A stretch of 61,865 bases of DNA, the filler included, from Catajapyx aquilonaris (Eukaryota), in NCBI GenBank assembly GCA_000934665.2. It is 3 parts of 3 records of this genome, joined end to end, with 100 filler letters (N's around TTAATTAATTAA, not from the genome) between each part and the next. Parts side by side here need not be neighbours in the genome. Positions count along the whole stretch, not along the records: positions 1 to 17,108 come from KZ539630.1; 2 more parts are not named here. One strand, written 5' to 3'. Position numbers and translations under genes: made by a program. Shown one piece after another: positions 1-13,500 of the stretch. The notes below the pieces were generated by a model that made no database searches, was not told the DNA's origin, and saw only the letters and a program-made list of their open reading frames with translations. Every line of letters begins with the position of its first letter. The stretch's first letter is position 1.

Positions 1-97
1 TGGTTCAAGGTGACTACGTCGAAAAGTCTTAATAAAATTTTGACCATCAAACATGTCTTTCAACATCAGGCTCAGAACTTATTGGACGGCCCTCGTA
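1..97 (+). mobile_element. Right end of a mariner-type DNA transposon
   Basis: Encodes the transposase C-terminus VQGDYVEKS*, then TIR ...gaacttattggacggccctcg and TA. Near-identical to 28867-28963. Confidence 0.85.
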
Positions 98-745
98 AAC
101 TCCGATTTGAAATTATCGACATAACATGGAAAAATTGATGAATCGATACCCTAAAGGAGCGATACGCATCTCATGCAACCACTAATATCGATACTCATAT
201 GCGATATTTCCCTCGCGACTTGCAAAGCGACGAGATTAAGCGTGATATAAAAGTAGCAGTCCATGTTGCTCTTGCTCTTTTTAAAGCCTCTCGTCTTCTA
301 CGTGATTTTTGGGAATGTTTGAGCCGGTTTGAGCCAATAAACTGAATCCGCAACCCCCCGGATGGGTCGGATCGTTTCGACACCCGCCCGACAGAGTAGA
401 GCCAGTGGTAGAGCTGCGGTCGTCTCAACCCCCCCACTGCCCCCCACCCATCAACTCCACTCCCGTACGCAGCACGCTCAGCCCCCGCCCGCTGGGCCCA
501 ACCGCCCGCGCGGTGGGGCGCAACCCCAGCGCAGCGCCTCGCAAAGCGAGTATAAGCGAGAGCTTTTAAAAAGAGCGGTTATTTTTACACGTTACGTGAT
601 TCCTGGCACAAGGCCCTGTCGGCCATTAAAGTCATATTCCCATCAGCTCGCGCCCACGACAGTACCGGGGCTAGTGTTTGTGCGACTTTTATACTTCCGC
701 ACCAACCCCTCCCTCTGGCTGAAATGAAGCGGGCTATTGCTAAAG

Positions 746-3700
746 ATGGCGGACTCATTTTTCGGATTTGATACTAACCTGGAGGTCAGTTGGGATGAGG
801 TGAAATAGTTGGGGGGAAAAGTGTGCACTATAACTGGGGGGTATATGGCTTCCCCCGTCTCACAGGTCACCCTTTCATGGCGTCATTTATTACAGTTTAG
901 TTGTGATCAGTTCAGGTACTACTTTAAACATGATACAGTTCAGTTATAGTAGAATCATTTGCATGGTCACAGCAAACAAGGCATGCTTTAGACCTGGCTC
1001 ATATTTTCAACTGAGTATTACTGACTCAACAGTAATAGCCCGATCTAGAACAGGCCTAGTTAACTCATCTGATTGTGTAAGTGATCTTACTGATCGGATT
1101 ATTCACTCTCACCAACTTAAAGTGATGGTGCCGATTTTGACACCTCAAAAAAGACATGTCTCACATTAAATTTTGTGGTCTACACATGTGGTTTTAGCAC
1201 TAGTTTTAGTCTTTATCTTATGGATCTGCCAAGCAGCACAGTTCATGCTGGGATGAATGGTGGAGGGGTCAGCACATACAGATGAACCGTAAAACTAAAA
1301 CTCTGTGTGTATGTGCCCTGATGTGCCCCCTTACGAGATGCATACGTGCAACAGGCAGATGATCATGTTAAATTTTTGTAATGTGGGCATGTAACAAAGG
1401 AATAAGTGTGATTAGAAGTTGTGTCAGATCGAATGTGATTATTAATTCAAAATTGGTAGTTAGTTGTTAAAAATATTCCATTACCATAGTTTGATTTGTA
1501 CAAAGTAGCGAATTTCATGCAGAAGTACTATATAACTATAAGGTAGTGTGACCAGTAAAACATTATTCTTACAGGTGCATTTTCTCATCCTTTTTTGCAA
1601 GCAGGTTTTGTTAACGTCATGTAAAAGTGACTTGATCATCATTTCTTTAACTTCCAGCTGTTCTTACCATGGTTAAAAAAACTGCTCACCTCATTGAGAT
1701 GTATCTTCACTTTCATAGATGTGTAATGAAAAATCTTGTGTTGATTTTTAAAATCCCTTTGATAAGTTACCGGTACTCTTAGCAATGTGGTTCTGCTATT
1801 GGAATTCTCTGTAAGCATTCTTAGTATGATACCACTGTTGCTACTGTATTACGTCACATAAAGTAGCATGCTGGTATAAAATGAGATTGACCAGCATCCC
1901 AGTATAACTCGGGGTTGGCCAGCATACCGCAATAACCGATGTAGATTTCCATAATTTTGATCCTTGTCACATTTTTTTGGAATACTTCTCTCATCGTCTT
2001 GAAATTATGTTACGGTGAAAAATGGGCAAGTGTACAGGGGTGTGAGAATATGCAAGTTCTGTTGAATAGTGCCTAGTGTGTGACTAATCCTATCGTCAGC
2101 CTGCTTTGAGAGGGGAACCCCCTACTCCAACACAATATATGGATCAAGGCAAACTAAAAGCCAGTATCGACGTAAGAGTTTCGCTTATAAGAGGAGCCAA
2201 CTGGGCATGCCCGCGTAAGGCCCGCCCAGGGCTTGCGAGACGTCTGAGAAATTTCTAGCCATCCCAACGAGACTGGCAAGATAGCGCCTGTTGACACGCA
2301 GCTGCAGTCTGCGCAGGGTATTCTGCAGATCATGCATGGTGTATAGGAGGAAGGGATGAGGGGAGAGAAGACACATTCCTTGTGGTGCCGGCTTGGGGTC
2401 TGCTGATATCTCTGACCCGATTGGCTCTCCGGAGTCACGTGGTGTGACGTCAATTGATGCGAGGATCAGAGAAAAAGTAGAAAATTTTCAACTTTCCTCT
2501 GAGCCCCTTGCAAGGACGCCAGAGGGGGTGAGAGGCGATATAGATTCCGTCTCGACGTACAAGATGTCTCGCACAAGAGGACTCTTATCAGAGAAACTCT
2601 TACGTTGATACTGGCTTTAACTTCTTCAGTCTTTTGCTTTGTTCAGTAGCTCACTGGTCGCAGGTCTCCCTGGTTTTGTTCTTAAGGCACACTGGTAGGT
2701 AGCTAATAATGGCCTAATATCGATAATATTAATAAATGAAAGGGTTAATTTCAAAAAATTGTATCTCCCAAAAAACAGCGAAGTGGGGATTTCTAGTGAA
2801 AGTAAGAAAGTGCTCATTGCACTCTACAATGCACAGTACATACAGATTATTGCCACACATTGTAATTGAAAAGAACATACTGTATATGGTATTAGATTTG
2901 AAAAATGTGCCTTTTCATGGATTTTGATTCCAGGCAAGTATCAAATTAGGAAAGGCTAATGTAGTGAAAACCTCACCTCATTCCGACATACCTCACTTAG
3001 ACCAGCATGCCGGTATAGCCTCCTGATGACATATTTCTAAAAACGGGTCGACCTCGACTCCACCGACATGCCGCTTTAAGGGAGGTAATGTGGTAGTTGA
3101 TAACACTACCCTGCAAAGTTGTAAAAAAAATTCTGGAGAACAGGATTGGATCTGTGACCTAACATAATCTGAAGGCACTGATTTAAGGTCTGCTTTCCAT
3201 TTTTCCCTGTCATGTATGTTTTTATTGCAATGACGATGTGATAATATGATTATGATAATAATTGATACCCCATTATCAGCCCTTTAGGCTTTATTAGGGG
3301 GGATTTCTCCCAAATTTTTTTGTCTGGAACTCTTTCCATTTTTACTATACTTTTTCATCGCAATTGAGGCAAGGATAGGTAAGGAAGGAAGCGGCTGTGG
3401 CCTATAATTACGGTAACGGCCCCGGAATTATCCTGCGCTGACCATGGGAAACCACAGAAAACCATGATCAGGGTCGCCGGCCTCCGGGATTCGAACCCAG
3501 GACCTCCCGATTAGCAGTCGGACACCATACCACTACACCACTACTGCTTCGGTTGATAATATGATTATGTATTATAGTTACAACGAAATTTACAGAATAA
3601 AACAATTAATCTAGTCATCCTAATTATGGCAAGAGGGTTCAGAAAACACAGAAACACATCCCCAGTGTACATTGGGGGCATAAATATTTTCAAATAATCA

Positions 3701-6700
3701 TAATTAACTGAGGGAACTTTTTATGCCATTAGTATACTTGAGACATGTGTTTCTGTGTTTTCCCAACACTTATGGTATAATTTGGATGATGATGTTTTAT
3801 TTATTATTCAGTGATGTTCATTGTATGTAACTGTAGTACACAGGGTGAAGAGAGACTCGCGAGCAATCGCCAGGTAGACTGACAGTACTCGCAAAACTAA
3901 TATCGGGATGAGCAATTAGTTTTGGGCTCCATTCCGTTGTGAATGCATGCGTCCCCTTTAAAGGGTAGAGGGCCGGATGGTAAAAAACGAGGTAGAAAGG
4001 ACAAAGTGCACGGGTGTTGTACCCGGATTCTTACTCTGACGGGATTTGATCAGCTATTGCACATGGACAATGAGTTAGGGGACCAAGGCAAGGGACCGGA
4101 GGCCCTCGAGTTGACTTTTGCCTCTCTATAGCTGGTGGAACGGCTGTGACATAAAACTTTGACGGCGTCGTACGCATTAAGGTGCGTTTACATGATTTGA
4201 TCGCCTGCGATAACAACACTGAGTAACCCGAGTAACCAGTATTGTTTGAGGCGAAAATCGATTGTTACTTTCACCTCAAACAATATTGGTTACGTCACTT
4301 GGCGATGACTTCGCTCCGCGCCGCTTGTCAAATCGTTCATATGTAAACGCCGCTTTAACTATGCAATGGAGCCCAAAACTAATTGCACATTCCTATATTA
4401 GTTTTACAAGTACTATCAACCTATCTGGTGATTGTCCGTGGATTTCCCTTCACCCTCTATAATCAATTTACCACAGTATCATTACAAGAAAACCATACAT
4501 GATACAGATAGGGAAAAATGGAAAAGAGATCTGAGATCAGCAACCTCGGGTTAGGTTAGGTCACCCATCAAATCCCATGCCACAAAATCATTGCAGGGTA
4601 GCGTAATCACCTTTATCACTGCGACAATAACTTATAGTGGAAATTGTAGCTAATAATGTAGAAGGAAAATGGAAAAGGTCTGGCAGGTCATAGAATTAAG
4701 TGGACATCCTTCATAATACTTGATTCACTGTGGCCTAGACATACCCAGGAACTAATTGCCTATTGCCAAGGCTAACAGATGACTCCCTCTAAGTCTAAAC
4801 TAAAGAGTCACACTGCTTCCCCTCCGCCCCCATTGTCCCTTCCAACCATAGTCACAGGCTGAAAGTCTTGCATGTGAGCAATTGGCATGATTTTAAATTT
4901 ACTTTCTTTATAGCAATCATCAGAGCAACATGCTGACGTGGGTGAGTTGGGAGAGCAAGAAGAGGAAGACGCATATGATGCACTGAATAGCGAGACTTTT
5001 GGTGCAGATGCTCTTGGTAAGTTAGGGTTGATTGGTAAGATGGTATGGATTGTGCATAATTATTTTTGAGGATATCACTTAGCTAAAGCTGATGAGGCTA
5101 TAATTTTATGGAACAATTAACTTAAATTATTCTACAGTGAAACCTATCTATAAGGGAACATGGATGCTGGGCCCTTCTCCATTATAAAATAAATGTTTGG
5201 CCTTGGTGGAGTATAAGAGTGGTTTTTCCTTGCTGGACCACCCTGTGGTTTACAGATCAGTGTTGCTCAGTGTTATTAAAATATTGTGATTAGCAGGGGA
5301 ATATTTTGCAGATACTCCTTTGTATAAAAAATTGCTTGAATCATTTTTGTATTTGGACAGAAGGAGACTGGGAGGAGGACCATGAGAAATATGCAGAACT
5401 CTCGGAGAAGGCCAAAGGAGGTCCTGAGTGTGGGGCGTCATCCTCTGCCAATAAAAATGGCCATCTGGTACCAGAGAAAGTAAGCTGGTGTTTTTTTGAT
5501 ATGCAGTTTGAATTATGCATTTATTCTACTAGTCAGGACGTTAAGGGATGAAAAATGGGTCAACTGTGCATTTGGAGTTGAAAGCAAGAAATTTGGTACA
5601 AATGTCCTTGAGACCGTACAGTACCCTGTATTAATGGCTATGCACAGACATCGCCACCTGGTGGGATTCAGCGGAACTAGGCATCTGTGGGCTGTGTCGA
5701 AAATACTTTGATCTCAACTGCTCACGAGACCGCTCTAGACGGCTCAAGATATCGCGGTGGATTAACAGGCATTCGCGTGGTCTGTGTAATAACTGGTTCA
5801 CAACTCAATACATTTATAGGAATCGCAATGGCCTTATAATTCATCCCACAGATATATCTGTGATCCTTTGTGATCCATCTTTTTAGCAAGCGTTTGAATC
5901 TACCGCGATATCTTGAGCTGTCCAAGTATTTTGGACGCAGCCCACCGATGCCTAATTCCGCTCGTTCTCGGACAGGTGGCGATATCTGTGCATAGCCATT
6001 AATGCAGGGTACAGTGCTGGACATAATAGCCGTCGCTGAATGTTTTTTTCCGGCGGAGGCGGCGGCGGCGTTACCTGGCAACCCTGTCCGGCGGGCCAAT
6101 TCAAACATCAGCCCATGAAGAGCGCTTCCATTGTTGCCACTGTTTACAAATCGAGTGAGTGAGTGCGCAGGCAGAAGAGACCCGTCGCTGGGTCGTCCGA
6201 TTCACTCGTTCGATTTGTAAACAGTGGCAACAATGGAAGCAGTCTCCATGGGCTGATGTTTGAATTGGCCCGTCGGACAGGGTTACCAGGTAACGCCGCC
6301 GCCGGAAAAAAACATTCATCGACGGCTATTTTGTCCAGCACTGTACTGGACTCTTCAAATCCAGATATGGCGCCACGCCCGTTTGCACCCCAGAGGCGGG
6401 TTGGCTACCCTGAAGTGAGTGAAAAGTCTTTTTCTGAGCGAACTATGCTTCTCAGGAGGATATGTGTCAAACAAAGGTTGTAGAGAAACATGTATTCTAC
6501 AAAAAAGTAGAGAGTACCTTTTCCACGTACAGTCCGTATTTTCAGAGATACAGCGACTTGAACCCGAGCCTGCACTCTCGCGGCCGGGCCTCGGCTCGGT
6601 TTATTTACGAACGTTGCTATTGCACCGGGCCCCGCTGTGCGCATGCAGGCCAGGGTTCAAGTCGCTGTGGCTCCGAAAATATGGACTGTACGTGGAAAAG

Positions 6701-9700
6701 GTACTCTCTACTTTTTTGTAGAATACATGTTTCTCTACAACCTTTGTTTGACACATCCTCCTGAGAAGCATAGTTCTCTCAGAAAAGACCTTTCACTCAC
6801 TTCAAGGTGGCCAACCCGCAATTAAGGGCCTCCGGGGCCAAAACGGGCATGGCGCCATATCTGGATTGGAAGAGTATGGTCTGAGGGACATTCGTACCAA
6901 ATTTTACAAAGCGCACGGTTGACCTTTTTTTATTTACTTGGGTTCAAGTCGCTGTAGCTCCGAAAATACGCACTGTACATTGAAAAGGTACTCTATACTT
7001 TTTGTAGGATACATGTTTCTCTATAACATTTGTTTGTCACATATCCCCCTAAGAAGCATAGATCGCTCAGAAAAATACTTTTCACTCGCTTCAGGGTAGC
7101 CAACCCACCTCCGGGGCGAAAACGGCAGTGGTGCTATATCTGGATTTGACGAATAGGGTGTCAGGGACATTCATACCAAATTTCATGCTTTCATCACCAA
7201 ATGCACAGTCTAGTCCCTTAACCTCCTGCCTATACTATCATATTAATTGAACTTAAAGTGGCATGCTGGTATAACCTGGGGGTGGCCAGCATGTCGCAAT
7301 AACTGAGGTAGATTTCCATCATTTTGATCCTCCTCAAATAATTTTGAATGCTTTTGGCACAGTACTAAAATAATGTGAAAAATGGGCGAATGCAGGTGTG
7401 TGAGCATATGCAAGTTCTGTTGCACAGTGCATAGGGTGTGACCAATCTCATTAGCTGCCTGCTTGGAGAGGGGAACCCCCTACTCCATCACAAAGGATGA
7501 AGACAAACTCCTTCGGTACTTCATTTTGCTCAAAGCTGAACAGGTCGCAAGTTTTGCTGGTTCTATGCTTCAGGGACACTGGTAGGCTTCTCATTGTAGG
7601 TATCAAAGGGATTGGTGTGGTTCCTGAATATGTGGGGCAAGACTACCGAAGACGTTGATAAAAAACTCATGTTCATCGGACGAGTCAGCTGCCAGTGCAC
7701 AATCCCAGACCGAAGCCATTTTCTTTTCTCCCCTCCTGGCACTGCAAACCTGGTTTATTCCCGACTAACAGCCGGCAGTTGGGCCGTCAGATGTGAACCG
7801 AGTTTAAACCTTATCCGGGGTTTACGTTTGCCTCGAGAAATGGAAATTTCTCTGAACTGGGATTAAACCGGACCTGAACCTGGTTTACATTTGAACCACT
7901 GTTTGAGAAATCGGCCCTAAGCAATGTTTTCTGGCTGTAACAAACTAGCATCTTTTGTTCATTACTTTCCAAATAATTGACTATTCATGTGGTGTATTGA
8001 AATTCATGAGTGGTAGTGTATGTGGCTTTTCAGTCTCATGAATTGTAATGCCCCATATGATTGCTATTGTGCATTCTCTTTGTACTGCTAATGTAGAATT
8101 TTGTGTTTTCTTTTAGACCTAGTTATGATCAGAAATTGTGTGGTGCTGCTTCAGATTTGCAGGGAAAATAGGTCACATGAATTATCTACTGCTTCTCACC
8201 ATCCAGCATAAATGCCTTCAGACATAATGATTTCACCAGAACATTAACATTGATGCAACTTGCAAGCTGTGTGACATGCCTGTGTCTTGTTCACTGATGA
8301 TGTGGAATATCTGCAGGATATGCATTGCAGTATTATTCCTATTACCACACGATGAACTGAATTATCATTATGTTATAATGATCGGAGAGGATCCCTCCTA
8401 GGAATAATTTTGCTACCAATTGCCGTGATTTTTAGTGGACATTGTTCATAATAATGCAAGATAAAGTTTTGTCCTATCTGTTGGGGCATTGCAAAAATCA
8501 ATAATCAAATTATCAATTTGCAATATTTTACACTTTAAAATCACAACAGGTGCTAGGAATGTTAGATAATTTTTATTTGTCAAGCAATGGTAGATGTGAA
8601 GGATTTGTCAGGATTCCAATGTTTCATTAAAATTGGAAGTAATGACGATAATGAATTCAAAATAATATCGTCCGATTGTATTACTCCATTTGAACCTGTG
8701 CACTCAAAATAATCTATTCCAAAAATATCTACATATTTTAGTGAACAAATTGCAACTGGAAAAATTGAGCATTGTTGACCATCACTTGAAAAATAATAAT
8801 GTTTTTGTGCCTCCTATTAGGATATTAGTATGAAAAAATTGCACGCTATTGATAATTTGAAATGCAGATTTTCACCTAAACCGACAAGAAAAAATTGAGT
8901 TTCACTTTTTTTGTTTCTTTTTGTTTTTTTTATTTATTATTACCCGTGCTCGAGCCATTCGGCTCGTTTTGGGGGGAGATACACCAGACCTTTTCTCTGG
9001 CCCGGGCAGCTAAGGGAGTGCAATGCTGCCCCGGCTTGTCGGGTGAAAAGCGGAAAAAGACCCGGCCAAGCAGAGGTGACGGGATTTGAACCCCGGCCTC
9101 CCGCTTGGCTAGCCAGTGGCGTAACCACTAGACTACCACGGCCCCCTCTTTCACTTTTTACTTACATGATTGTTAACACCCTCGATTAAAAATTATGGGT
9201 CCTTTAAAAACGGGGCGCTGTTGGTAACTTTCAGAAAGATTGATATGGGATTGAAAAGATGGGTTTTTCTTTCTCCCTCTGATATTAATTGTACCCATGG
9301 CCTTTTCTTAGCCGGTGTGTGGCGCAGAAACAGATGATGATCTGTTTCACTTTGAGGAAGACCACATCTTGGAGGATCGATTGAACAGACTGGTTTGCGA
9401 TGAGGGTGAGGACCCAGTATCTACAGCAGGAGGTATGGGTGAAGAGAGGCATAGGGCAAACAAGCAATTGGAGACGATTGCCAACTTTCCCCTCTTGTCA
9501 GGGATGAGAGGGGAAGAGGCACAGACATATAGCAGCTCGGCTCCATCTGGGTCATCTATTTGGTCAGTTTTCAAGGAGCCGGCTCATGACCTTGCAGCTG
9601 GGAAAGGAGGACAGCAGAGGTTGGAGCCACCTGGACTTCCTAGGCCATTCTTGGTGAGTCTGCAGTCACCTGGGCGTGAGTGCTTAGTCAGCATTAAAAG

Positions 9701-10547
9701 CTATGTTGGATGATTTACCCTTTGTCTCCTGCGGCCATTTTGGTTGCATTATAATGCAACCAAACACCGAAGAAAGTTGGTGTGGTGGTTAAGGAGCCCG
9801 ACAGCTAATCGGGAGGTCCTGGGTTTGAATCCCGGGGCCGGCAACCCTGACTGTGGTTTTCCACGGTCCCCGCAGGATAATTCTGGGGTTGTTTCCATAT
9901 AATAGGCCACAGCCGCCTCCTTCCTTCCCTATCCTTGGCCCCATCCAATGGTGGTACTCCACCCCCCTAATGGAGCGCCGATTCTCCCAATGCGGTATAA
10001 ATAAATAATAAAAAAATAATGCAATGAAACAAGATAATTTTTTAAAATTCACTGGTGCACCCCGACGGAAATTTATGTCACCATAGAAACTGAAAGAGTT
10101 ACCTAAGGCTATGTTCATAAGTATTTACGCCACTCCTGTGATATTTTTAATGGCACGACGTCATAGGCCAAAGGTCTCGTTCATTGTAAACAAACCGAAA
10201 CAAACATTTACTGCACAAATTTAAATACACATAGGTCCTTGCAGCATATTTTCCAGTAGTGGACGTGCAGCTGAAAACCATTTAAAAAATTCCGAAATTC
10301 TGCGACTTACTTTTCGCTGGGGACAAAATCTGAACGATCTGTGAAGGGTAAGCAATCTCCCCCACCACTGCCCTCCCTCCTAATTGGCTGGGTGGACTGC
10401 TCCTAGCTCTTGGCTTGACACGTAAGCCACCTTTTTTTTGCACCTGAGCACAGGGTTGGCATGATTATAATCAATTGATTATAATCATTGATTATAATCA
10501 TGATTATAATCAACTGATTAATAATGAAAAATCTTGATTATAATCAC

Positions 10548-10583
<36 letters not shown>

Positions 10584-13500
10584 CAACAACAATAATATAC
10601 ATTTATCCTACCAATAATCACAAACTCACCAGTCAAAAAGTTAAAACTTAAAACTCTTGACTCTTGACTTATTCTATATGTAGTAAACTACAGTTTAATT
10701 ATCATAATCAGTACATGAGAACATGACAGAGCCACAGAGGTAGTAAGTACATCAGGCACTGCTTTCTGCGTAATACCAAGAGCAGCTCTTGGTAATACAG
10801 TAGTGTACAATAATACTGTAAGTGTTACAGACTTACAGGTATGTATCAACAGTTCAAAAAGAATTATTGTCCCTGAGCGTTGAGCGGGTAGCCACGCGTC
10901 AGGATGAAAGGAACCAGTCAACTGGTTCCTTTCATCCTGACGGGTGGCTGCGACGCGACGGGACAATTCTTTTTGAACTGTTGATACACAGGTACACTAC
11001 TGAATAGTGTAGTCGGCTAGTTGCTCCCAAGTAAGTGGAATCCGTGTTAAACGAGGATTGACTGTATATTGTACTTTCCTTGGAATGTAACATGTTTGAC
11101 AATATTGACATACATTTCTTGATTTTCTTCAAATAGCAGGTGGGGTTTTTATCAGGAAAATGAAATAAAGTGCTGTACTATAGTACAGCACTTTATTATC
11201 AAAATAATCCGATTATAATCAAAATAATCCGATTATTTGATTATTTTAAAATAATCATTGATTATTGCCAACCCTGGGTGGCTCACATTACCTACATTTA
11301 AACTGGACCTTTAAAATTTTTTAACCGGACACTTAATGTTTTCAAAATTTATTAGAATGAGTGGGAATTCATATAGAATTATCTTGGATTTTTCGATCAG
11401 TGGAAGCCGCCTAAAAAAACCGCGTAGTTTTCGCAATAGGATGACGTCACCTTCTTATGCATAGCATATGAGACGGTACATGGCTCTCTGAAGATGCAAC
11501 TCAGGTTTGTAGGTCTCGAACGCTTCAGCCCCATCTTGTGCATGAATCGAGAGCGAAACCAATGGTGCCAGATCCGGCTAATGCGCCGCCACAGACGGCG
11601 GGGGGGTTGGTGGTGGCTGGGGGCAGTGACTGTCATAAAAACGGAGCAGGCAAGCTGAAGGGATCCGCTGAAGATAGGTGTGTATCCGCAAGGAAGGAAG
11701 GAAGGTTAGGTTCAAGGTTAGGTTAGGTTGGTACCCCTTCCCAAATCCAAAAAATCAATACTTGCATCCTTGCATTTGCGACACAGCCACTGTCAGCAGT
11801 ACTCCCATTTTGGGTTTTTATACCCCTCTTTTGGAAATTAATTGAGGGACTTCTAGATGAGCAAAATTGTTCCAGATTCATTCATAGTGTTTTCCCAGAT
11901 TGGGTATGTATAGCTGTGATTATTTGTAAAATATCTCGTCCGTATCTTCGGAGTTCGCGTAAGCCGAAATCTGTGTGGTTCGGGCCTACCTGGTAGTGAA
12001 GGGGTTAAAATAAACACAATCTGGTATGGAAAGCTACATCTGTTGAGGAATACATTCCAGTAGGTGGAACAGAAATGCCAATAGTAACATGAACATAATT
12101 ATGTACACAGTACCACAGTGTATTTCTTTCTGAGCATCATGATTTTCATAGCTGTCAAAAGTTGCATGTTGTTACATAATTATATTTGGAACTGATATGT
12201 TGTCATTTAAATTTCAGGATGCGGGGCGTATCAAAACAGTGGAGGAAGTGGAACGTGATCTTCTTTCTTCCTCCTCCACCAACTCTTCCTTTCCCTTGAC
12301 CCCACCACCGAAGTTTGGCCCTATTGGGAAAGCCAATCCTGTACTGTCGGTGCAGGAAGTTGAACGTGAGCTCATTACTTCCTCTCCCCCCCATCCCCAC
12401 ACTCACACGATGTCTTCAAAGCTCGTCCCAAGCCCCATCCATCCAGCTCCTATTCGCCCTGTCGTCTTCTCACCAACTAGGTCTCCTAGTGGCTATCCAG
12501 CCCAGAGGGTGACTCCTCAACCCCTACCACAAGGCTCAAGAGTGGGTCAGGCAGAGTTTCAGCAACTGACTTCGCAACTGACGCCATCACAGATTCTTGC
12601 ACCAAGGCACATGTGTAAGTTGAAATTTTAAATTTTAACAAATTCCTAGTTAGCTGGTCTGGTAACTTATGTTTTCAGGGAGTAACAACTTGACTTTCTC
12701 TTAATAATTATAATATTGGAATATTTATGTACTTATGGATTCATGAAATTAATTGACATTCTGTGATATCCTGAAGTGCACAGTAAATGCAAGAGCTGGT
12801 GCAGAAGTTACCATTCTCAGAGCTTGTAAAAATTATTGGCAAGCAAAAACTAGTAAATTATGACCCAACTCAGGCTTATATTAGCCTTTTGACACCTACG
12901 TGCATCATATGATGATCTAAGGGTGTTTGAATCTGGCGGCAAAGTGTTCGCATACAGAAGGCAAAGTTTGCGGGTCAAGCTCCTTCGGCCATCTAGTGGA
13001 TGGTGACTCAGCATCCACAAAGTCTGATTGCTTGCTACGAGGTGTGATCGAAAAGTTCCTGGACTGTGTTCATAAAAACATTAATATTTACTTTAAGTCC
13101 TAATTTTCACTGCCACCTTCAAAGTAGTCACCTTGGGCACGTATACAACAATTCCAGCGAATTTCCCATTTTTGGAAGCACCAAAAAAAATTGGCAAACA
13201 GTAGTGTGTTCAACACCTGCTGCGATTTGGCTTAGACCTCTTTAGTGGAGTTAAATGCCTCCTTTTCTACCCAAATTTCATTTTAGGGAAGAGGTAGAAA
13301 TCACATGGTGCCAGGACAAACGAACAGGCAAGGTGGGGAACAGTGGTCATGTTATTTTTTATCAGGAAGTCCCTGACTACGCGTGAGGTGTGTGCAGGCG
13401 GCATTGTCATGGTGCAGCAACCAGTCTATGTTCTTCTATATCTCCGGCAAATTGAGCCTAAATCGTCTCAAACCATCGCAGTAAGACTTGCCGTTGACAG

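Noticed and set aside
9766..9845. tRNA genes at the A/B-box hits (also near 3480-3553, 9075-9146, 33420-33490, 47985-48055)
   Set aside because: No complete cloverleaf; each continues into a shared body with tail and TSD, so they are SINE heads.
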